From an uncultured virus (IMG/VR IMGVR_UViG_3300025327_000016) (lineage: Duplodnaviria > Heunggongvirae > Uroviricota > Caudoviricetes): a stretch of 64,000 bases of DNA. Positions 1 through 6,718 of this stretch are shown piece after piece (position 1 is the first letter of the stretch; the number at the start of each line of letters is the position of its first letter). The position numbers and the translations under genes are program-made. The stretch is from positions 1 through 64,000 of IMG/VR virus record IMGVR_UViG_3300025327_000016; one strand, 5' to 3'. Under the pieces are notes generated by a model, which searched no databases, was not told the origin of the DNA, and was given only the letters and a program-made list of their open reading frames with translations.

Positions 1-640
1 AGCATTACTAACAGCACGACGAACAGCATTACCAATAGCACCACCAACAGCATCACCAACAGTACTATCAACAACATCACTAACAACATCACTAACAGCA
101 CCACGAACAGCATTATCAACAGCATTACGAACAGCTCTACGAACAGCATCATCAACAGCTATCCCAACAGCATTAAAAACAGCACTACCAACAGCATTAT
201 CAACAGCACTACCAACAGCCCTACCAACAGCATTACCAACAGCATTAAAAACAGCACTACCAACAGCATTATCAACAGCTATCCCAACAGCACTACTAAC
301 AGCATTATCAACAGCATTACCAACAGCATTACCAACAGCATCACCAACAGTACTACTAACAGCATCATCAACAGCTATCCCAACAGCATTACCAACAGCA
401 TTACTAACAGCACGACGAACAGCATTACCAATAGCACCACCAACAGCATCACCAACAGTACTATCAACAACATCACTAACAACATCACTAACAGCACCAC
501 GAACAGCATTATCAACAGCATTATCAACAGCATTACGAACAGCTCTACGAACAGCATTATCAACAGCTATCCCAACAGCACTACTAACAGCATCATCAAC
601 AGCACTACCAACAGCACTACTAACAGCATCATCAACAGCA
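1..640. repeat. ~50 tandem copies of a 12-bp unit AACAGCNNNNNN, with a higher-order duplication (1-127 = 397-523)
   Basis: Read directly from sequence. Confidence 0.95.
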
Positions 641-708
641 CTATAATACACAATACCTAATTCGTCTGTTCCTGAACCCGTAGGCCCCTTATATGGTTCA
701 GATAGCAT
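1..708 (-). CDS. Tetrapeptide-repeat (xxAV) protein, 3' end runs off the window; not in the ORF track
   Basis: SD AAGGAGGTG 7 nt before ATG at 708; reads MLSEPYKGPTGSGTDELGIVYYSAVDDAVSSAVGSAVDDAV... with no stop to base 1. Confidence 0.8.
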   Translation of the reverse strand, partial: MLSEPYKGPTGSGTDELGIVYYSAVDDAVSSAVGSAVDDAVSSAVGIAVDNAVRRAVRNAVDNAVDNAVRGAVSDVVSDVVDSTVGDAVGGAIGNAVRRAVSNAVGNAVGIAVDDAVSSTVGDAVGNAVGNAVDNAVSSAVGIAVDNAVGSAVFNAVGNAVGRAVGSAVDNAVGSAVFNAVGIAVDDAVRRAVRNAVDNAVRGAVSDVVSDVVDSTVGDAVGGAIGNAVRRAVSNA

Positions 709-760
709 AACATTACACCTCCTTAAGATTAAAAGATAACAAAGACTAAAAGATAATAGT

Positions 761-1015
761 TTAACTATAACTTTTAATGCGAGTAATTACATCGAGAATG
801 CCCTCACTATCATGTATATGTTCAAAGATATAACTCTTAACTTCATGAGGTTGTAGCATTTTTAGAATACAATGTTCTGACGGTGATATACCTAGTCTTG
901 CGGCTTCTATTCCATGTGCCCACACTTGAAACCAGAAACGTTTAAACTGTAATCTAAAGTGCATCTCCTCAATACTTTCTCTAGCATATTTTAAGAATTG
1001 ATCATCACTAGCCAT
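761..1015 (-). CDS. Hypothetical protein
   Basis: 84 aa ORF, SD GAGGTG, part of a tightly packed - strand cluster. Confidence 0.7.
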   Translation of the reverse strand: MASDDQFLKYARESIEEMHFRLQFKRFWFQVWAHGIEAARLGISPSEHCILKMLQPHEVKSYIFEHIHDSEGILDVITRIKSYS

Positions 1016-1033
1016 TTATACACCTCTATGTTC

Positions 1034-1321
1034 TTAATTAATCTTCCAATCATGGAAGCCAAGTAAATTCTTGGCTCTATTTAAAAACTCATATTTATTT
1101 TCATCTTCTATCTTTAGATATAGTCCAACAACTAACCAGCATGCCCAATGATGAATATTATTACCAAATTCATCAATAGGTGGCATTTTTTTTACATACT
1201 CAAGAATCTTATAGATATTCGTTTTATCTTTTGCTGGCATCATAAGGCGGTTATATGTATTTATATCATATTGTTGAGCGCCTAGTGCCAATAGAAGAGC
1301 TGTATTGATTTTTAACACCAT
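1034..1321 (-). CDS. Hypothetical protein
   Basis: 95 aa ORF, SD-like GAAAGGA. Confidence 0.65.
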   Translation of the reverse strand: MVLKINTALLLALGAQQYDINTYNRLMMPAKDKTNIYKILEYVKKMPPIDEFGNNIHHWACWLVVGLYLKIEDENKYEFLNRAKNLLGFHDWKIN

Positions 1322-1353
1322 CTTTTCCTTTCATATCCATAGCGTATTGAAAC

Positions 1354-1644
1354 TTACTTACTCTTTCCCTTCCCAAGCTTATGTACTTTCACTTCGAAAT
1401 CTTTATATATTTGAAACTCCAATTGTACACCATTAGCCCATGATGGTTCGTCCTTATTGGGTGCGTTAAAACATAGTTCGGTATTTTTAACACAACTATT
1501 TAATGCACTTAAACCACCAGCAAAGACAGGTGAAAAACTAATATAGAAGTTGGTGGAATATCTGTCTTCTTCTTTGATATTAAACCAACGAAATAGTAGG
1601 GATTGAAGTTCTCCATCATGTAATCTTATATCCGTGTTAATCAC
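1354..1644 (-). CDS. Hypothetical protein
   Basis: 96 aa ORF overlapping the upstream stop. Confidence 0.65.
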   Translation of the reverse strand: MINTDIRLHDGELQSLLFRWFNIKEEDRYSTNFYISFSPVFAGGLSALNSCVKNTELCFNAPNKDEPSWANGVQLEFQIYKDFEVKVHKLGKGKSK

Positions 1645-1918
1645 TTCCCTTTCTATATCTTATTTCACAACATGGGTCGCCTATAGAATAAATATGTTCT
1701 GTAATTTTACATGACTTGCAGCGCCATAATTCATATGTTTTATTATGCTCTAAATCATGAACCTGTGCCAGCTTACGATCAAGTATCCACTGGCTACCTT
1801 CTAGCAATACTAGACCTATATGGTTGCCGTTGGAACATTCTATGGTTAATACTATATGCCCCAACTTAGTATGTTCCATCAGTAATATTGCTTCTGCCTG
1901 TTTATCAGCTGTTAACAT
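1637..1918 (-). CDS. Hypothetical protein, possible Zn-ribbon
   Basis: CSNGNH...CKSC motifs; SD GAGGA. Confidence 0.6.
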   Translation of the reverse strand: MLTADKQAEAILLMEHTKLGHIVLTIECSNGNHIGLVLLEGSQWILDRKLAQVHDLEHNKTYELWRCKSCKITEHIYSIGDPCCEIRYRKGSD

Positions 1919-1921
1919 GAT

Positions 1922-2140
1922 CTATTCCTCCTTTTTCTCTGCTTTCTCTGCCATATCTGTCTGTCTAGTGGGAGACAGTTGTTTGGCGGTCTCATACCTA
2001 CATTCTTCACAAGCACCTATATCATACTCTCCTTTCAACTTATTATCACACATAATACAAATTCCCTTAAATCCTTCATAACAATCCATACATATATTGT
2101 TAGAAAAAACCTCACCTATCGCGCAAATCTCACAAAGCAT
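1922..2140 (-). CDS. Small Cys-rich (four CxxC) Zn-binding protein
   Basis: CEIC, CMDC, CIMC, CEEC. Confidence 0.65.
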   Translation of the reverse strand: MLCEICAIGEVFSNNICMDCYEGFKGICIMCDNKLKGEYDIGACEECRYETAKQLSPTRQTDMAEKAEKKEE

Positions 2141-2143
2141 GTC

Positions 2144-2386
2144 TTATACACCACCCTTTCTTGAAACAGAACCTAATATATTTTGAATCGCTTTATACAT
2201 ACCCGCTATTATCAGTATACCTAGTACTAGAAGTACTAGGTGGGGGCAAATAATCCACCCAAACATAATACATCCCACTATTAACATAAATATTCCTATC
2301 CCTTTCCCAAGAGGATCATCTTTACCTCCTATCTTCAATATCAACCAACCCATCACTACGAATAATAAAGGTACTAACCATTTCAT
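2144..2386 (-). CDS. Small membrane protein
   Basis: Hydrophobic segments, SD AGGAGG. Confidence 0.7.
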   Translation of the reverse strand: MKWLVPLLFVVMGWLILKIGGKDDPLGKGIGIFMLIVGCIMFGWIICPHLVLLVLGILIIAGMYKAIQNILGSVSRKGGV

Positions 2387-2426
2387 GATTTAACCTCCTA
2401 TTCTTCCGTTAACAGCACCATCAACA

Positions 2427-2463
2427 GTAGAAAAATGAGACCTGATTAATAAGGGATTGAAAC
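2427..2463 (+). CRISPR. Solitary CRISPR-repeat-like unit 1 (not an array)
   Basis: GTAGAAAAATGAGACCTGATTAATAAGGGATTGAAAC, 37 bp, starts GT and ends ATTGAAAC, intergenic. Confidence 0.75.
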
Positions 2464-2468
2464 TTAAT

Positions 2469-2651
2469 TTATTCATTGATACCCTTCCCTTCTTTTTCAG
2501 AAATGTTTATAGACGAGAGAACTGGAGATATTGAAGAAGATTCAAATACTCTATCAGAGTATTCAAGAGCAATACTTTCTGCAGATGAAAAATTATTTGC
2601 TTTTACCGTAAATGTTACAGGATAAACTATTGTAACTTCATATAAATTCAT
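2469..2651 (-). CDS. Hypothetical protein (60 aa, MNLYEVTIVYP...)
   Basis: Internal ATG of the tracked 127 aa ORF avoids overlap with the upstream gene. Confidence 0.55.
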   Translation of the reverse strand: MNLYEVTIVYPVTFTVKANNFSSAESIALEYSDRVFESSSISPVLSSINISEKEGKGINE

Positions 2652-2655
2652 TGTT

Positions 2656-2877
2656 TTACCACATATCCTTTCTTTTTGTGCGCTCCTGTTCGAGCGCACC
2701 AACCACCTTATTAAACTTATCTTCGGCTGGAAGCCGAAGATGATCAAACCTTTCCTCCAACATCCCCTGTTCTTCAGGGGATAATACATACCCCTGAGCG
2801 AGCTTCTGATGGAGCTCGTGACGAACGATCTCCTCTTCGGAGACCGTTTCAAAATATCTAATTTTGCTTTTTATCAT
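2656..2877 (-). CDS. Hypothetical protein (73 aa, MIKSKIRYF...)
   Basis: SD GGAGGTG before ATG at 2877. Confidence 0.65.
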   Translation of the reverse strand: MIKSKIRYFETVSEEEIVRHELHQKLAQGYVLSPEEQGMLEERFDHLRLPAEDKFNKVVGALEQERTKRKDMW

Positions 2878-2881
2878 ACTT

Positions 2882-3259
2882 CTACACCTCCCTAAATTGA
2901 ATAAATTTAAAGATGGCGGTCTTTTCGACCGTACCATCCGTCAATATTTTCTCTACCGCCTCGCGGCGGGAGGTAGATACTACTACTTTATACCCTAACT
3001 CTTTACACATATGAGTTAAAGTATAAAATAACGATTGTTCCCCCATTACATGGAGGATTACTTGAGAGGGGGATAACCCCTTAATATCAAGGATCTCTCC
3101 TATCTGATACATCATATCCATAGCTAACTTACTAATCCCCTCCTTGTCTAAGGAGGGGTCAACTTGCGGAAACGGCATATCTAATATATCCCCTTTTACC
3201 CCTTCTCTTTGTTCTATTGACCATTTCCCATATGGGTGGTTGCTGATATTAATAAACAT
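2882..3259 (-). CDS. Csx20/Csx15-like CARF-related protein, putative cyclic-oligoadenylate ring nuclease
   Basis: Start reassigned to MFINISNHP (SD GAAAGGAAG); motifs NxSNHP..W..EQ, D.PFP.VDP, HVMGE, STS.R, F.F.QFRE recalled from CRISPR-associated Csx20-like proteins. Confidence 0.7.
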   Translation of the reverse strand: MFINISNHPYGKWSIEQREGVKGDILDMPFPQVDPSLDKEGISKLAMDMMYQIGEILDIKGLSPSQVILHVMGEQSLFYTLTHMCKELGYKVVVSTSRREAVEKILTDGTVEKTAIFKFIQFREV

Positions 3260-3453
3260 ATTTACACTTCCTTTCTTTATCCATAATATCCACCTAAACA
3301 ATACAAACTTAGGTGGTCTTACCAAGATACATAACAGGATGCTTGCACACCGTATGCAAAACACCCTGTCATCCACAGACTTATCTTCCCCACGAACAGA
3401 AAAGGGCAGGTGGTAGATATCCTACCCGCCCACTCTCATCTTCCGTAGAAAAA

Positions 3454-3490
3454 GTAGAAAAATGAGACCTGATCAGTAAGGGATTGAAAC
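3454..3490 (+). CRISPR. Solitary CRISPR-repeat-like unit 2 (not an array)
   Basis: GTAGAAAAATGAGACCTGATCAGTAAGGGATTGAAAC, 35/37 identical to unit 1, intergenic. Confidence 0.75.
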
Positions 3491-3521
3491 TTTACGCCTT
3501 CTTTCTTTTTTTTTTTGAATT

Positions 3522-3551
3522 AAAAAAAGCCGAGGGCTAATGCCCTCGGCT
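3522..3551 (-). terminator. Intrinsic terminator
   Basis: 10-bp stem AGCCGAGGGC/GCCCTCGGCT followed by a T run on the - strand. Confidence 0.75.
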
Positions 3552-3560
3552 AAATCAAGC

Positions 3561-3926
3561 CTAGAAACTAGGCTTGATTTTTCCAGGAGCCTTTTTAGGC
3601 TCCTGGAGGAGCTCACTCACGCGAGCTCCTCCGTACCGTCCAAACTGGACGGTGTAGAGTTTGAACTCTTCACCGTCCTTTATTGTAATCCACGGGGACG
3701 GGTTCCCCGTGTCCCTGGGACCAAGTCCGATCCCAGTCCAGACGCACGCATCTGGGCTGAGATCAAAGATCTCAGCCAGCTCTCCTGTAATAATTACAGG
3801 AGAGCTTACGCTCCCTTTCTCAGCATTAAATCTTTCTATTAGCTCGCCCAAAGGGCGAGCCAATAAACCCTTAGCGAGCCCGATAAGGCTCGCTTCTTTT
3901 TTCCCTTTAACTTCTATAAAGCTCAT
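3561..3926 (-). CDS. Hypothetical protein (hairpin-tiled CDS)
   Basis: 121 aa ORF, SD AAGGAGGT, terminator downstream. Confidence 0.7.
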   Translation of the reverse strand: MSFIEVKGKKEASLIGLAKGLLARPLGELIERFNAEKGSVSSPVIITGELAEIFDLSPDACVWTGIGLGPRDTGNPSPWITIKDGEEFKLYTVQFGRYGGARVSELLQEPKKAPGKIKPSF

Positions 3927-3929
3927 TTT

Positions 3930-4101
3930 TTTACCTCCTTTTGGCAGCAGCTAGATGCCTGCTGCCTTGGATATTGTAGGTGCACATGGGGCAGACAAGG
4001 AACTGAATTGTCAAGATACGCTGTTTGTCTTGACAATGTCTGCCCCATGTGCTTTGCTTTTTAAGGCAGCAGGCAGCTGCTGACTAAAAGAAAGAGGTAA
4101 A
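3930..4101 (-). promoter_or_regulatory. Long nested stem-loop whose base pairs with the SD of the 3561-3926 gene
   Basis: Nested inverted repeats 3930-3937/4094-4101, GCCTGCTGCCTT/AAGGCAGCAGGC, 3982-3997/4037-4052, 4007-4016/4028-4037. Confidence 0.6.
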
Positions 4102-4803
4102 GAGATGAGGAGAAGTAAGGGGAAGAAAGAGGCATGAGACAGAGGGAAGCTAAAGAGGGGGGCTCGAGGAGGCGAGTTGATGGTGGCACCTCCCCTCCCT
4201 CTTTTAGGTGTTGTAGCTGGAGAGCAGAGGGGGTTTAGCCCCTCTGGTCGGGACACTATTATTACAACATCAAGGTTAGTGGGGGGGAATAGTATCCTCA
4301 TGTATAGGCTATCAACTTATACTATAAGGTTAAGTTGGATAGGGAAGAGGGGCCGAAGGCCCCTGATGGGAGCACTAAGAGGTTCTTTAAGGGTTATATA
4401 TGAGGCATAAAATAACTCCCTATATAAGCCTTGAAAGAAAACCCTGGATTAAAGCCATTTGTTTTTGAGAGATGAGTACCAATAAGGTGGTTTTTAAGAA
4501 TGGCTCTACCATTGACTTGAGACTACCTCAGCTACAGGGAACGACATCTAAAGGACAGGCAAAAAATGGCTCTGCTACGTGGTCAAAAACTGGCGTGGCT
4601 ATTGGATGTGGTTTTTCAAACGGATGTTGTATTATCAACGTTGGGCGCCGAAGGCGTAGTAGATAAGGGTAGGTTGGAATAGGAATAGACAAGGGGAGCC
4701 GAAGGCTTGAGGTAAGAGGAAGTAGGGAGGGGGGTGCGAAGCACCCCTGTTGGGAGGAAAAAGGGGAGCGGTAGAGCTAAACAAGCCTCTACCGCTCCGA
4801 AGA

Positions 4804-4983
4804 CTACGAGTAATCCTCGTAGTCGTCTTCCAGGGGGCAGGCTATTACCCACCCCCAATCGTATGCACAATCAACGCATACGCCCATCTCCTGACAAGAT
4901 GTCAGGAGACCTACTTCTCCACATACAGTGCAGAAGTCTATATCATCAACTTCCACCATAGAAGTTGATGATAATATTCTCAT
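4804..4983 (-). CDS. Small Cys-rich protein (59 aa); not in the ORF track
   Basis: SD GAAAGGAGGTG; MRILSSTSMVEVDDIDFCTVCGEVGLLTSCQEMGVCVDCAYDW... Confidence 0.65.
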   Translation of the reverse strand: MRILSSTSMVEVDDIDFCTVCGEVGLLTSCQEMGVCVDCAYDWGWVIACPLEDDYEDYS

Positions 4984-4999
4984 ATTTCACCTCCTTTCT

Positions 5000-5218
5000 T
5001 TAGTTGTTTGTTGAGACGTGACTTAGATACCATATCCAGTCACATCTTATTAGGGCTCCATCATACAATCTGGGCAAATAAAGTGCCCAGATTGCTTTCA
5101 GGATACAACCCTTTATTACTTCAGGGTTGTATCCTAGATCACTAACCCATTCTGGGTTAGTGATAAACATCATTCGTGCGCTGTACTGACAGCGCACGAA
5201 CTTAAACAAGTATTCCAT
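5000..5218 (-). CDS. Hypothetical protein
   Basis: 72 aa, SD AAAGGAGG. Confidence 0.65.
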   Translation of the reverse strand: MEYLFKFVRCQYSARMMFITNPEWVSDLGYNPEVIKGCILKAIWALYLPRLYDGALIRCDWIWYLSHVSTNN

Positions 5219-5246
5219 TAATATCCCTCCTTTCTAATCTAGCAAG

Positions 5247-5450
5247 CTACCGCTTGCTGCATATATCAACAACAAACCCTGCTCCTCCTAATAGGAGGAG
5301 TACTACAAGCACTCCTCCCAACCATGGGAGCAGCACACAAGCTGCTCCCACCAACCCCACCCATAAGAGGGTGGTACCAATTAGGTTGTCCTTCTTTCGA
5401 AGGAACCAACCTAGTACTGCTATAAAAATACAAATTAACAACCTTAACAT
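5247..5450 (-). CDS. Small membrane protein, resembles 2144-2386
   Basis: Hydrophobic 67 aa, SD GAGGTG. Confidence 0.65.
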   Translation of the reverse strand: MLRLLICIFIAVLGWFLRKKDNLIGTTLLWVGLVGAACVLLPWLGGVLVVLLLLGGAGFVVDICSKR

Positions 5451-5520
5451 ATTTACTCACCTCTCTTTCTCGTGACCATTATTTAACGAGGCGGTCACTA
5501 CCTCGTAAGCTCAGTCCTAA

Positions 5521-5685
5521 CTATCCCTCCTTTCGCGCGATGTACTCATCGTACATCGCGTTGATATCCTCGTCCGTAAGAACGAGGTCTTCCGACCAGG
5601 ACTCATAGTCCTGGTCTACCTGCTGGAGGCAGCCCCAGCAAGGGGCTGCCTCCAGGTACAACTCATCAATCAGGTCCCTGATCAT
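5521..5685 (-). CDS. Small acidic protein (54 aa, MIRDLIDELY...)
   Basis: SD AAAGGAGGTG before ATG at 5685. Confidence 0.65.
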   Translation of the reverse strand: MIRDLIDELYLEAAPCWGCLQQVDQDYESWSEDLVLTDEDINAMYDEYIARKEG

Positions 5686-5849
5686 TTGCTCACCTCCTTT
5701 CGAAGGCGAACAGCTTCTGAAAGCTGCTCGCGATGATATCGCGAGCGTAACTCCCAGACATACTCTGGGAGCTTGTCCAAAAGCCCCCAGACTAACTCGG
5801 GTTCCCAACCCGAGTATCTCTTTTCGATCCAACTTTCAAAACTCATCAT
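5682..5849 (-). CDS. Hypothetical protein (MMSFESWIEKRY...)
   Basis: ATGA overlap with the next gene; SD-like GTAGGT. Confidence 0.55.
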   Translation of the reverse strand: MMSFESWIEKRYSGWEPELVWGLLDKLPEYVWELRSRYHREQLSEAVRLRKEVSK

Positions 5850-5906
5850 ATAATACCTACTTTCTGCCGCTGTTAAGCGGCGTAATGTCACCCACTTGGT
5901 GGGTGC

Positions 5907-5946
5907 AAAAAAGGGGAAGGGAGAGCTTGTAAGCTCTCCCTTCCCC
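5907..5946 (-). terminator. Intrinsic terminator
   Basis: 15-bp stem GGGGAAGGGAGAGCT/AGCTCTCCCTTCCCC plus T6 on the - strand. Confidence 0.75.
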
Positions 5947-5956
5947 CCAACTTACT

Positions 5957-6193
5957 TTACTCAGAGACCTCGGCGTAGAATGCGCCGAGATCCTCCTTCC
6001 CCTTTATTACAACATTAACGCACTGGCCGAGGTTACTGTGAATGTAAAAACTCGTGCATTCAATCTTTTCAGCTGCGCACGCTGCGCAGCTGGACGGGTA
6101 GGCATAGCCTACCCATCCAGTGAACCCCGCGGGCGGGTTCTGACACCATTCCATGATGGCGTCGTAAAGCTCTCTACCTTTACAAATACTCAT
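5957..6193 (-). CDS. Hypothetical protein
   Basis: 78 aa, SD GAAAGGAG. Confidence 0.65.
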   Translation of the reverse strand: MSICKGRELYDAIMEWCQNPPAGFTGWVGYAYPSSCAACAAEKIECTSFYIHSNLGQCVNVVIKGKEDLGAFYAEVSE

Positions 6194-6313
6194 ATTATAC
6201 TCCTTTCATCTACAGCCTGCCTCACGGTCAGGTCTTACATAGACCTCATCATCGGTGTCGCAAGCCACCTCCCACCTACACCCCGTGGTTGGGGTTAAGC
6301 CCGCAACCATAGA

Positions 6314-6388
6314 TTACTCTATGGTTGCGAACTCAGCGTTCAGTATCGCCCAACAATAGGCGACACAAATCCAAAGTTCAAATATCAT
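6314..6388 (-). CDS. Putative 24 aa hydrophobic peptide MIFELWICVAYCWAILNAEFATIE
   Basis: Strong SD GAAAGGAGGTG with the same leader as the 4983 gene. Confidence 0.4.
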   Translation of the reverse strand: MIFELWICVAYCWAILNAEFATIE

Positions 6389-6718
6389 ATATTTCACCTC
6401 CTTTCAGCCACATAGTTCACAGGGGGGGGTGGGGCACCAAACGATAAATCCCCTGTGATATTATCTGCATTACCACCCACACACACATACACTCACCCTA
6501 ACGGGGTTACCTGCTCGCACCACAAGCAAATAAATGAGCCTAGAACACATCGTAGGGGAAGGGGTGGGTACTGGAAGCTAGGGGTAATTACCCCTAGCTT
6601 TAAGAAGCCTTCTAAAATTTTTAGTGGAACCTTCTCTTATTTAGCTTTCGCCAGGGCTTTAACAGCTTTTATATCTAACAAGAGGTATATATCATGAATA
6701 TTCCAAGAAATAGTAACC

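Noticed and set aside
375..563. Tracked 62 aa Leu/Val/Met ORF (also 46335-46526)
   Set aside because: Alternate-frame artefacts of the 12-bp repeat; the SD-supported frame is xxAV
1..640. DGR variable region (many NNT codons at variable positions)
   Set aside because: No reverse transcriptase or template repeat in the window; GGG, ATA and AGA variants and block duplications fit ordinary tandem-repeat evolution
1346..1353. Third CRISPR-like repeat (ATTGAAAC abutting a stop codon)
   Set aside because: Only the last 8 nt match; the upstream sequence does not align to the 37-mer, so chance cannot be excluded
2427..3490. Conventional CRISPR array
   Set aside because: Only two repeats, 990 bp apart with genes between them; no spacer-sized intervals and no cas genes in the window
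4011..4968. Several tracked ORFs on both strands
   Set aside because: No convincing SD, low complexity and overlap with hairpin-rich DNA; only 4804-4983 is SD-supported
3930..6400. tRNA genes among the hairpins
   Set aside because: No cloverleaf with a T-loop GTTCRA and acceptor stem recognised by eye; tRNAscan-SE would be decisive
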